This document shows, in pieces, positions 18,659 through 28,225 of a stretch of 32,000 nt of DNA. The translations under genes and the position numbers were made by a program. A model generated the notes under the pieces. It saw only the letters and a list, made by a program, of their open reading frames with translations. It had not been told where the DNA came from and did no database searches. The DNA lies in contig JADGIF010000021.1 of the NCBI GenBank assembly GCA_018985225.1, forward strand, positions 1-32,000, read 5' to 3'. The stretch's first letter is position 1; each line of letters starts with the position of its first letter. The stretch is from Amoeboradix gromovi X-113. Taxonomy: Eukaryota > Fungi > Sanchytriomycota.

Positions 18659-21600
18659 ATGAGGAATCTAGAGTTTAACGCTAGCTTTTTCTCCAGATGG
18701 ACTTTTTCCTGGATGGACCCAATTTTTAAACTTGGTTCCGCGTTAAATAATGAGAATTTCATGGAAATTAATGAAGCTGATAAATCGGAACCTCACTTTC
18801 ACATGTACTCCATATATAAATCCATGTTCCCTGATAGAGCTTTGTATAAGTATATTTTTAAAACTGTGAAATATTTACTGTATCAGCAATTACTATGCGG
18901 TGTATTTTATGCACTCTGCAGTGTTTTACCTTCTTATATGTTACATCAATTACTACAGGCCACATCGATACCGTCTCATATCTTTTATTTGTCTTTGATT
19001 GTGCTGTCATTAATAGCGACGTCTTTCCTTTTAAACCGCACAAATTACTGCGGAAACAAGCTAGTTATTCGAGTATATTCCATATTGCAATCTGATATAT
19101 TTGTGTCAACACTACAAAGAAAGCAATTTCAACTACCCCAACAAGGAGAATTGTTAAATTTTATAAATATCGATGTAAAGATCATTTCAGAGTTCATTCG
19201 CATTTCTTATTACTTGATTTCTGCTCCAATTCAAATTGTTACATGTACTCTTGTTTTATGCAATTTTTTGGGTGTTAGTGGTTTACTAATTATTGTCGTA
19301 TTAATCCTCACCGTACCAGTCCAAAAGTATATTATGAGTGTTGTAAGTAGACTGCAATCTAAGATTCTGTTTTACACTGATTCCAGAATATCAAAAACTA
19401 ATGAGTTACTGGTTGCTATCAAGTTAGTCAAGTTAAATGGATGGGAAGACTTGTTTTATAACAACATTAGAGATATAAGGAAACTAGAACTAATGGCTCT
19501 TTGCAAGTTCAAATGGATCATGGGTACTTTTGACTGCATATTTGGTCTAATTCCTATTTTATTACCGATAATGACTCTATTGATATATCTGCAATATAAT
19601 CCGTCATTGGATCCATCCATTGTATTCACGATGCTCTCTATTTTACAGTTGGTACAGTTCCCGATCAAAGACTATCCTGAAACAGCATTAAAATATTTTG
19701 AATTTCGGGTTTCAATTGAAAGATTACAGAGATATTTGAACACGGATTTGGATTGTAACAACAGCGTGATAAACTCTGATTTTATAGGGTTTAAACAGGC
19801 TAAAATGGGATACGTAAAACCAAAAACGCAACTATCAGCCAAAGATGAAATAAATCCCGATGATTTTGATTTTTTACTAGATGTAGGTTTTGTCATCCCG
19901 ACAGGCAGATTAACTGTAGTTCTCGGTAAGACCGGCTGTGGTAAGTCAATGTTACTACAATCCTTGTGTAATCAAGTACCTATTTATAGAGGGAAAGTTA
20001 GTATTGGTAATAACAAATCTGTAGGAATGGTACCCCAAATACCTTGGATGATGCATAAAAGCATCAAGGATAATATTATTTTAAACCATCCTTTTGAAGT
20101 GAATAAATATCACGCCATCTTAGAATTGTGCTGTTTGATAGAGGACTTGAACACATTTCCTAGCAAAGATGCTACTATACCCCAGTACTGTAGTGGCGGT
20201 CAGCTACAAAGGATTGCCTTGGCTCGCGTTTTGTATGCTGAACATGAAATGTATCTTTTTGACAATGTGTTGGCCTCTCTAGATAGTATAACTGCGAGTA
20301 TTATATTGAAAAATGTTATAATTAATACATTGAAGGAAACAACACGTGTCTTGACAGCTACTGATGCGCAATTAGTGCTACCTTTTGCGGACTACATTGT
20401 GATTCTAAAGGATGGTAAAAGTATCGTACATGGTACATTGCAACAAGTACAGGACAAACTAGCAGGATTTGACAAATATTTGTTGAATTCGTCACAACCC
20501 GAGGCCAACCCGGAGGGGCAGCCAGAAGCAAAAGTTCAACTGCTGCATACTTCACCAATAAAAGAAAAAGAAGAGAAAATGGCTGGAAAAATAAACAACA
20601 GTACATACCTCTTTTATATCTCGAGTATAGGAGGAGTTTTTATACTGTTTTTAATAATGTTTGGCGATTTTGCGCTACTAATTTTATCGTTTATGAGGGA
20701 TATGGTTTTAAAGCATTGGAGTATGGGTGCAGTAGGAGATTGGCTTCTTATGGCCAATTCAAATAGCGATATTAATGCATATTATACTTCTACATTTTTA
20801 GAGATTACATTCATTTTTATAATAATTAATCTGATAATTCAGTACTTTAAAGTGGTAATGGATATAAAGGGAGCGCTATATTTGCACAACACATTGTTGG
20901 ATAAAATATTGCATTGCGAGTTATTCTTGATTGGCAATGTCGGTACTGTACTGAACCGGTTTTCAAACGACATGCTGATTGTTGATAAACAAATGGCGAA
21001 CTCATTGTTTAGTGTGATCTTCTTTATAATAATGATTTCTAGTATTATGTTCTTTATTATGATTTATACTCCGTGGTTTGTGGTACCTTGTTTTTTGATA
21101 ATTTATGTTTATTATAAACTTAGCTTTTATTACTTAAACGCGACACGAGAGCTAAAGAGGCTAGAGAGCAGCTTTAGATCGCCCTTGATGACGATGATTC
21201 TCACCATGTTCAGCGGGAACAAATACATTCAGGTATATGGAATTGAGGGATATATAAAGCAGGATTTGTTAAATAGAGTTGACGATTGCAACAACTTGTT
21301 CTTTCAGCTGTCTGCGGCTAATAGATGGCTAAGTATAAGAAGTGACGTGATTGGAGGGATTATAGTGCTCTGCAGTGGACTAAGTTTAATAGGAATGGAT
21401 AAAGGTATCACAGGACTAATAATGACATATAGCTTGCAAATAACAAACTCACTGGTTTGGCTACTACAGCACAGAGGCAATTTGGAAATAAACAGTTGTG
21501 CTATAGAAAGAATACAAGAATATGTAAATATACAACAAGAACCCAAACTATTAAAAGAAACGGAAGTGCGTAGGGACTGGCCTTACAATGGGTCAATAAA

Positions 21601-22324
21601 AGTAAACTGTCTCTCAGTTAGCGTTGGTGACACTGTTATTTTAAAGAATTTATCTCTAAGAATAAAGGGTGGGCATAAAATAGGGATTGTTGGCAGAACT
21701 GGAGCAGGTAAGTCAACCTTTTTAAATTCTTTCTTTCAATTGTATCAATACAGTGGTGAGATATTTGTTGATGACGTTAATCTGCAAGAGCTGAATAGAG
21801 GCCTAGTCCGTAAAAGATTCTGTTTGATTCCTCAGGATCCGATTCTATTCAAGGGAACGGTGAGACAAAATCTTGATTTGTTTGGGATATACGACGATTT
21901 GCAATTGTACACCATACTGGATAAAGCCCAAATTAAGCTGAACTTGGACGATTTAGTGGAAGATAATGGAAACAACAAAAGCGTTGGTGAACGCCAGCTG
22001 ATTTGCTTAGCTCGTTGTTTATTGAAGTCCAGTAGGCTGGTATGTATTGATGAAGCTACTGCCAGTTTAGATGATCACGCTAGCTCTTCAATTCAGAAGC
22101 TAATGTTGAATATGAAGGAGACAACAATTCTGTGTGTTGCTCATAAATTAAAAACAATCGTTGGTTTCGACAAGATTATCGTGATGAATAACGGGGAAAT
22201 AGTTGAATACAACACACCCCAAGTCTTGATCAACAACCCAAACTCGTACTTTCTACAGCTGGCAAAGGAGAGTGGGGACTACGAATTTATCATTTCCCAT
22301 GTGACACGAATACTGCAAAGATAA
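18659..22324 (+). CDS. ABCC/MRP-type ABC transporter (short form, no TMD0)
   Basis: Lasso NASFFSRWTFSWMDPI; TMD1 (IKLVKLNGWE); NBD1 GKTGCGKS and SGGQLQRIALAR; TMD2 (LNRFSNDM, RELKRLES..RSP); NBD2 GRTGAGKST, SVGERQLICLAR, DEATASLD, VAHKL. Confidence 0.95.
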   Translation: MRNLEFNASFFSRWTFSWMDPIFKLGSALNNENFMEINEADKSEPHFHMYSIYKSMFPDRALYKYIFKTVKYLLYQQLLCGVFYALCSVLPSYMLHQLLQATSIPSHIFYLSLIVLSLIATSFLLNRTNYCGNKLVIRVYSILQSDIFVSTLQRKQFQLPQQGELLNFINIDVKIISEFIRISYYLISAPIQIVTCTLVLCNFLGVSGLLIIVVLILTVPVQKYIMSVVSRLQSKILFYTDSRISKTNELLVAIKLVKLNGWEDLFYNNIRDIRKLELMALCKFKWIMGTFDCIFGLIPILLPIMTLLIYLQYNPSLDPSIVFTMLSILQLVQFPIKDYPETALKYFEFRVSIERLQRYLNTDLDCNNSVINSDFIGFKQAKMGYVKPKTQLSAKDEINPDDFDFLLDVGFVIPTGRLTVVLGKTGCGKSMLLQSLCNQVPIYRGKVSIGNNKSVGMVPQIPWMMHKSIKDNIILNHPFEVNKYHAILELCCLIEDLNTFPSKDATIPQYCSGGQLQRIALARVLYAEHEMYLFDNVLASLDSITASIILKNVIINTLKETTRVLTATDAQLVLPFADYIVILKDGKSIVHGTLQQVQDKLAGFDKYLLNSSQPEANPEGQPEAKVQLLHTSPIKEKEEKMAGKINNSTYLFYISSIGGVFILFLIMFGDFALLILSFMRDMVLKHWSMGAVGDWLLMANSNSDINAYYTSTFLEITFIFIIINLIIQYFKVVMDIKGALYLHNTLLDKILHCELFLIGNVGTVLNRFSNDMLIVDKQMANSLFSVIFFIIMISSIMFFIMIYTPWFVVPCFLIIYVYYKLSFYYLNATRELKRLESSFRSPLMTMILTMFSGNKYIQVYGIEGYIKQDLLNRVDDCNNLFFQLSAANRWLSIRSDVIGGIIVLCSGLSLIGMDKGITGLIMTYSLQITNSLVWLLQHRGNLEINSCAIERIQEYVNIQQEPKLLKETEVRRDWPYNGSIKVNCLSVSVGDTVILKNLSLRIKGGHKIGIVGRTGAGKSTFLNSFFQLYQYSGEIFVDDVNLQELNRGLVRKRFCLIPQDPILFKGTVRQNLDLFGIYDDLQLYTILDKAQIKLNLDDLVEDNGNNKSVGERQLICLARCLLKSSRLVCIDEATASLDDHASSSIQKLMLNMKETTILCVAHKLKTIVGFDKIIVMNNGEIVEYNTPQVLINNPNSYFLQLAKESGDYEFIISHVTRILQR

Positions 22325-22330
22325 GTAAAT
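22324..22330 (+). terminator. Candidate poly(A) signal AGTAAAT overlapping the ABCC stop codon
   Basis: TAA GTAAAT. Confidence 0.5.
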
Positions 22331-22352
22331 ATTATGTTAGTACTAAATTAAA

Positions 22353-23465
22353 TTATTTATTTAAGAGTAATGAGAGTGGAAGATCAATTAAAATGCTGTA
22401 ACACTCTCTAAACAGCTTTATATTCTTTACAGGTTCCACAAAATAGGGGCAAGCAAAAGTGAGAACAAAGTTACCAAATAACAGACCGAATACTTTTCCA
22501 AAAGACGAGTGCTTATTGACAATTGAAAAAACAAAATATTCAATTAGAACAGCAATTCCCTGAATTACAAAATATGTTAATGAAGAGGTACAAATTTGAT
22601 ATGAACAAACAAGAATCAAATAATCATGGAATACTCCTGATACTATAAAAGCAGATAAAGCAAACATTGATTTGGCCACTTTGGTAGAGCCCTTGTACAC
22701 ATTCTTTGGAACGAGAATGAAAATATCCCTTAAAATTGTATGCCACGATTCTGACCAAAAAGATGCTACGCTTTTAACCATAAAGGGCTTGTTAAAGAGC
22801 ATGTACGGTCTTTGATCACCAACTTCGTACGCTATTTCCAGCAGTAAAGAGTTAAGAGTCTTTTCTGGGATCAAAATTGATAACTTAAAACACAATTTGG
22901 ATACTAAAATAAATATTAGAGAGGAGATCAGAGTAAACAGTTGAATAGCAGTAGATATTAATATGCCATAGTAGAATGCGTAAATAAATCTAAACAGACA
23001 GTAGTACCACCCAGTCAAGAGATTGATTCTATTTAAGTTGAGGTCATTGGAGTGCTTTTGACCAACGACCAACAATGAGATCAGAAAGAGTGTATACTTA
23101 ACTAGCAGTGGAATTACTTCAGCTGGGCTAGAAAGATATTTAAAATTGTTTTCAATTTCGTACTTTTTATGCGGATCATACTGCTTCATTCGTAAATCCT
23201 TGATAGCATACATAACATTGCTAGAATAATTTTTAAAATTAATGTTAAACGATTTATAGCATTTCACGACAACAATCCAGTTCAGTATAGCGCCAAAATA
23301 GTTATTTCCCATAGTTGCATAAACATGAAAATATGGAACTACTAGCACTATCAACATAGCTATTGCCTTTGAAATTTTTGAAAAGTTGTGCATGTTGGCT
23401 CCAAACAACACTGTAATCAATACTAGCGCTATATCTCTGGATACATGAGTAATATCCAAATTCAT
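22353..23465 (-). CDS. Membrane-bound O-acyltransferase, wax-synthase/MBOAT_2 type
   Basis: Polytopic; FNKPF...SVASFWSESWH and AFIVSGVFHDY (catalytic His). Confidence 0.88.
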   Translation of the reverse strand: MNLDITHVSRDIALVLITVLFGANMHNFSKISKAIAMLIVLVVPYFHVYATMGNNYFGAILNWIVVVKCYKSFNINFKNYSSNVMYAIKDLRMKQYDPHKKYEIENNFKYLSSPAEVIPLLVKYTLFLISLLVVGQKHSNDLNLNRINLLTGWYYCLFRFIYAFYYGILISTAIQLFTLISSLIFILVSKLCFKLSILIPEKTLNSLLLEIAYEVGDQRPYMLFNKPFMVKSVASFWSESWHTILRDIFILVPKNVYKGSTKVAKSMFALSAFIVSGVFHDYLILVCSYQICTSSLTYFVIQGIAVLIEYFVFSIVNKHSSFGKVFGLLFGNFVLTFACPYFVEPVKNIKLFRECYSILIDLPLSLLLNK

Positions 23466-23612
23466 TCGGTTTCACCCTATAACATACCGATGCGGCCGTA
23501 TGAAATTGACATGAATGAAATCTTAGTTTTTCTGATCGTCTTTTACTTGAATTATATTAATACATCTTATAACAAGTGTTCTAAAATAAATCAAGGATAA
23601 AACATCAACAAA

Positions 23613-25152
23613 ATGGGAAAAAAGGTAGTTATTGTAGGATTAGGGGAAGCTGGAAAGAGTTGCTATAGAATATTAGCTCCCATAAAGGAACTAGAAGTTA
23701 AGCAGGTTAACCACATCATTAAAAGTATAGATACGGCAAAAAAAACTTTGCATTGTGATAAGATAAGTTATGAATATGACTTTTTAGTTCTCTGCACCGG
23801 TGCATCTCCTCGGGAGTTGGAAAAAAACCATCCTAACATAAAGACTACCCGCGATTTTAACTCTATCCAGCAACTAGCTGAAATTGCCAAATCCAGTAAC
23901 CGTATCGCTGTACTTGGAAATGGAGGTGTTTCATTGGAAGTCGTCAACGAATTTCGTAGCCTCGAACTTTTATGGATATTCAAGGACAGCCATATTGGAA
24001 AGGATTTCCTTGACGAGGATACTAGCAAGTATTTTTACCCCTACATTTTTAAAAAGAACATTCCCTGCAAGAACGACGTATGGGCCTATCTTAATAACGG
24101 TGATTCTCCAGATCTCTCTGCGAGCTCAATGGACAACAACATATCTGATAAAGCTAAGAAATTGGAAACCCCTTTGGGCCCTGCTCTTGGCCCTGTTTGG
24201 AAAGATAGCTTCAGACAATTTATTAAGGTGCATCATGAATTAGATAATTTCAGAGATATACGATTTGAACCTTCCACTACTCTGGATGATATTTTGAGTT
24301 CTAAAGCAGCCAGAGATGTATATAATGATGCAGTCGTCTCAAAAGATACCATTAATGCCTTTGCAGAATCCGATCAGGCAACCGGGTGGGAAATGAATGA
24401 CATAATTAATTTTCAAGTGCCACCATCTAAGATTAAACATTTAAAGCAATTAAAGAAAAGTGATGCGAAATTTGAAGAGTATCCGCTGTTCTTGAAGTTA
24501 AAGAATGGCAATGTATATGGAGTTGACTATCTGATATGCGGTCTTGGTGTAGTGCCAAATACCTCCTTTATTAAAGCATCTGATAAGATCAAATTAAGCG
24601 AGGAAGGAGGCATAATTGTAGATAATACCATGAAATCATCAATTGATTCAATATATGCAGCAGGTGATGTGGCTACAATAATGCCAATACAGCACAACTT
24701 CATCCAAAAGAGACTGTGGTCTCAAGCAAGAGTCATGGGAATTGCAGCTGCACAATCGATAATACAGTCCGTGGATATAAAGTATACAATTTCGAAGAGC
24801 GTAACATCACTTATACACTTTTGCATGCTTCCCGCACTAAGCTCAGCGATGATAACGCGCTATTTCAACAATTTTGTGCATGTTACATCTTTTTTTGGAT
24901 TACGTGCTGTATTCCTGGGCAAATATAATGGACAAGGTCTAAAGTACACTACGGAGTTCTATAGCGCTGGTAACGGACTGGTCAAATATGTCAAAATGGA
25001 TGGAAAAGTCAGGGGTGCCATACTAATTGGTGAGACAGGAATGGAGGTATCAATAATTAACTTAGGACTACATTGAGAACTTGGTAATAACAGGTACAGA
25101 TACTGTAATATTCGATTTCTCGGCAAACGATGTGGATTTGTTTGGGGAATAG
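23613..25152 (+). CDS. PYROXD1: Pyridine nucleotide-disulfide oxidoreductase domain protein 1; exons 23613-25046 and 25066-25152 (506 aa)
   Basis: LCTGASP, IAVLGNGGVSLE, ALGPVW, IYAAGDV, QKRLWSQAR, HVTSFFG..VFLGKYNGQGL. The spliced end GAILIGETGME|DYIENLVI matches the family GETDLEETFENLIL. Confidence 0.9.
25047..25065 (+). other. 19-nt spliceosomal intron GTATCAATAATTAACTTAG (phase 0)
   Basis: GT-AG ends; restores the conserved C-terminus; TTAAC with A at -6. Confidence 0.9.
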
Positions 25153-25178
25153 CCAAAAGTGTTAATAAATCAGTTTAT

Positions 25179-25850
25179 TTAGAAAAGATTTTTGACTTTA
25201 AAAGCCTCAATTTGATTCATTAGCATCCTATTTTGATCAACCAGCACCTGCGTAAGATGTACAAGTTCTATCGTATAAGTTTCTAATCTCTTGTTTTCAT
25301 CCAAGGTAGCAGCCAAAGAGTTTGATATTTTAGACTTGAAGTTTGATTTCATTAATTCCACAGCGTCTTGTAGCTTGCAAGATAACTGCTCATTCAAATC
25401 ACGTTTTATGATCAAATGTGATTTTTCAAGAGCAAATAGTTCATGTTTTGACTTGACACTTAGATCGGCTATCTGGTTTTCAAGGCTGGAGATCTGGAGT
25501 TGATATTGAGACTGCAGTTCAATGGCAATGTTTGCAGACTGTATTTTATTATCCATTTCTTGCACAGCCTGATTTGTAGATGATTGTAATAGACAAATTT
25601 GATTTTCATGACTAGACTCCAACTCTACTAGGCTTCTGGAGGAGAATTCTATAATTTGTTCTTTTTCTTGAATGGTTTTTGATAAAAAAGCATTATCAGT
25701 CGATAGCAATCTTATCTTTTCCTCCAATTCAGTTACCACAAATTCTGTCGTCTGAATCGATGCTGCATATTTACGGGTTAGCTCCAATATCTGTAGCTCC
25801 AGGACTCGGATAGTAGATTGCATCAGAATTATGTTTTTGTCAGTTTCCAT
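25179..25850 (-). CDS. Coiled-coil protein, possibly CFAP157/BBOF1-like (cilium or basal body)
   Basis: All-helical 223-aa ORF. The segment FALEKSHLIIKRDL...ATLDENKRL...VLVDQNRML follows the LEK...EN...EN register I recall for CFAP157/BBOF1, but coiled-coil similarity is weak evidence. Confidence 0.5.
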   Translation of the reverse strand: METDKNIILMQSTIRVLELQILELTRKYAASIQTTEFVVTELEEKIRLLSTDNAFLSKTIQEKEQIIEFSSRSLVELESSHENQICLLQSSTNQAVQEMDNKIQSANIAIELQSQYQLQISSLENQIADLSVKSKHELFALEKSHLIIKRDLNEQLSCKLQDAVELMKSNFKSKISNSLAATLDENKRLETYTIELVHLTQVLVDQNRMLMNQIEAFKVKNLF

Positions 25851-25871
25851 TTATTTTCAATTTTTGAGACA

Positions 25872-26123
25872 ATGGAAATTGTACTTCTTGATGACCTAAA
25901 AGATTTAACGCTTTTAGAATTTCAGGGTGATTTTACTAAATATAAAGGCACTGTAACTATTACAGATGATGTGATTAAGGTTGGAAATCAGACCATAAAA
26001 GAGAAATCTCAAGAAAATCCAAAGTTCTTGTATAGAATAAACAAAGAAACTTTAGAAATTACAGGAAAAGTTGGACTGCATCGAAAGTTTACTGAAAGAC
26101 CGCATTTAAATTTTAAAATTTAG
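25872..26123 (+). CDS. CTF8: Chromosome transmission fidelity protein 8 (Ctf18-RFC subunit), 83 aa
   Basis: LLEFQG, VG-N/H-Q and terminal KF..RP are characteristic of Ctf8; first ATG is at 25872. Confidence 0.7.
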   Translation: MEIVLLDDLKDLTLLEFQGDFTKYKGTVTITDDVIKVGNQTIKEKSQENPKFLYRINKETLEITGKVGLHRKFTERPHLNFKI

Positions 26124-26127
26124 TTTA

Positions 26128-26724
26128 TTAAAATCCGTACTTTGATAATTCCGCTTGAAGTTTCTTCACTTTTTCGTTTGTCTTTACACTTTGCTTCTTT
26201 TTTAATTGAGCAGCATACCAAGCAGCATCTCTAGTCTTACGTTTAGCTTCAAGCTTATCTACGACAGCTCCATACTTCCATCCAACAGTGTTAGCTAGTT
26301 CACCAACAGTACAAAACTTTCGGTTTTGTCGTAATCTAAGTTGACGATAAGCCTGAGGTACAATCATTTTTTTGAGAACTTGATATTTTGGAGGAATTCC
26401 TTCAACAACAGTTAATCTAGATAATGCTTGCTCACCTCTTTTGGTAAATCGAGGGACCATACCTCTAACTGCCTTATGGAAGATTTTGGAAGGTGCGCGG
26501 AAGTGGAACGGTCCTTTCTTTGGGTTAACTAGACATCTTTTTCTCAAATAATGAGAATGTAACAGCTTGTTTCTAGCTAGTGATCCACTAATGCACAAAT
26601 CTTCACATCTGACAACTACAATGTCCTGTCCTTCCAATAAATGTTTTGCAGTGATAGATGCTAATCTTCCCATCATATGATCTTTACCGTCAATAATGAC
26701 TACCTTTTCAAAAGTATTAACCAT
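26128..26724 (-). CDS. RPL13A: 60S ribosomal protein uL13 (L13a/L16), intronless
   Basis: IDGKDHMMGRLAS, VVVRCE, NPKKGPFHFRAPSKIF, EGIPPKY, VGWKY. Confidence 0.98.
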   Translation of the reverse strand: MVNTFEKVVIIDGKDHMMGRLASITAKHLLEGQDIVVVRCEDLCISGSLARNKLLHSHYLRKRCLVNPKKGPFHFRAPSKIFHKAVRGMVPRFTKRGEQALSRLTVVEGIPPKYQVLKKMIVPQAYRQLRLRQNRKFCTVGELANTVGWKYGAVVDKLEAKRKTRDAAWYAAQLKKKQSVKTNEKVKKLQAELSKYGF

Positions 26725-27208
26725 TTATGAGTCATAGAATTGTCCAACATGACAAAATCTACACGTGTTGTAAGAATTATGACCAATCAAAATTCAACAC
26801 AAATAACCTACAAGGAGTTTTTAAATCACTGCAGCGTTTGAGACAAGCAGTAAGAAACTAACCTCATTCCGTTGAATAGAGGTTTTGATTGATGCAGATA
26901 ATGGTGTCACTAAGGGATCGTTACACCAAAGCTCATATCTTGCCATTCAGCTTTCTTGTTAGTTCTGCAATAACTTTTTACAACTTGTTCGATTTTTGGG
27001 TCTTTCATAAAGAATAGGAACATCAATGTTCGTAAGGTGTTTCGATGGTATTCGATTGTAAATTAACTATTTTGAGTATCTCGCTCTCAAGACACGATGC
27101 CTATTAACTAGTCTGTTTCTAGTTCTATTTAACAAAAAGTATTTGTTCACAAATTGTTTGAGTACCGATGAGGTCAAAAATGTCATTTGATGTCCCATTT
27201 ATTAAATT

Positions 27209-28225
27209 CTAAATAGCTTTCAAGCGACTTAAGTACGTTTGCAATTTTAGTATTTTACCAGCCAAGGGACTTTTAGAATCGATTTGTACTGACGAGTCCT
27301 TTTGTGAATCATTATTAGATGATAAAGGTGCACGAGAATGCGAACGAGATCGCGACAATCTATCCCACCAGGGAACTGCTCTACCGCTTGATTCTGATGA
27401 TTTTCCTGAGAATTTTGAGTAGACATCGCTTGAATACCCGTGTCTTAGTTTTACACTTTTCGAATCTTCCCGGTTTAAGAATCTTTGTCGCAACATATAG
27501 GCTTTATTTTGACGAGGCATGGCGATCGAAGAGGTGGATCGGCTGTTTCCTCTTCTTTTAGCTTTTTTCTCTAGTCTCTTATTTGAGATAACAACTGTCA
27601 ACTCCTCGATTTCTTTTTTTCTATCATGCAAATCACTCTTCTGTTTCTTGAGCTTAGCGTCCTTTGCTTCAGTTTCTTTCCAATAATTTTCAAACAATGC
27701 TAGATTTAATAACTGTAACCTTTTTGCTTCTTTCTTTCCTAATTCCAAGTCTCCACTTGTTATATGTGTTATTAGTAGACTGGATATATCTCGTATCTCC
27801 AATTGCAAATCCTTCATATTTGCGGGAATTTCAGTTTTAATTGCATTTCGTATGTCAAAATCTACTCTAATTAATGGCAAAGGATAGTAAACCTTTTTGT
27901 GGTTATTTACAAAAACTAAGAAGATTTTGTCTTCGTTCTCAACTTGTTGTGTATCCAAAGACCGCAATGATTTGCCTCCAATTAACTTGTATTTATCTTC
28001 TTCCTTGATAATGTAGAGTGCCTCCCTGTTTAGTTGCGTTAACTCTATCATTCCATTGAACTCATCCAAGTCCATCCACTCGCCACACTTTGCACTCATC
28101 TTTTGTATGAACCCATTGGAGAATCTATTAGACCACTCTCTACCATTAATCTCTATTTTTATATCAATCAGCTCTTCAATTATCACTGCTGTCATAAACA
28201 CATTTTTGTGAATTTGAAATCTCAT
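27209..28225 (-). CDS. CCDC61: CCDC61/VFL3-like centriolar protein (SAS-6/XRCC4-like head, coiled coil, basic Ser/Arg-rich tail)
   Basis: WSNRFSNGFIQKMSAKCG...F..M resembles the CCDC61 W.GEF...FIE.LT.KTG...F..F..ML pattern; KIFLVF....KVYYPLPL resembles KRYLIL....RIHYPLPL. Confidence 0.72.
   Translation of the reverse strand: MRFQIHKNVFMTAVIIEELIDIKIEINGREWSNRFSNGFIQKMSAKCGEWMDLDEFNGMIELTQLNREALYIIKEEDKYKLIGGKSLRSLDTQQVENEDKIFLVFVNNHKKVYYPLPLIRVDFDIRNAIKTEIPANMKDLQLEIRDISSLLITHITSGDLELGKKEAKRLQLLNLALFENYWKETEAKDAKLKKQKSDLHDRKKEIEELTVVISNKRLEKKAKRRGNSRSTSSIAMPRQNKAYMLRQRFLNREDSKSVKLRHGYSSDVYSKFSGKSSESSGRAVPWWDRLSRSRSHSRAPLSSNNDSQKDSSVQIDSKSPLAGKILKLQTYLSRLKAI

Noticed and set aside
24782-24841. 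Possible 60-nt in-frame intron explaining an apparent insertion in PYROXD1 (KYTISKSVTSLIHFCMLPAL)
   Set aside because: The frame is open without it, the length is unlike the other introns and there is no A at -6; it cannot be supported without RNA data.
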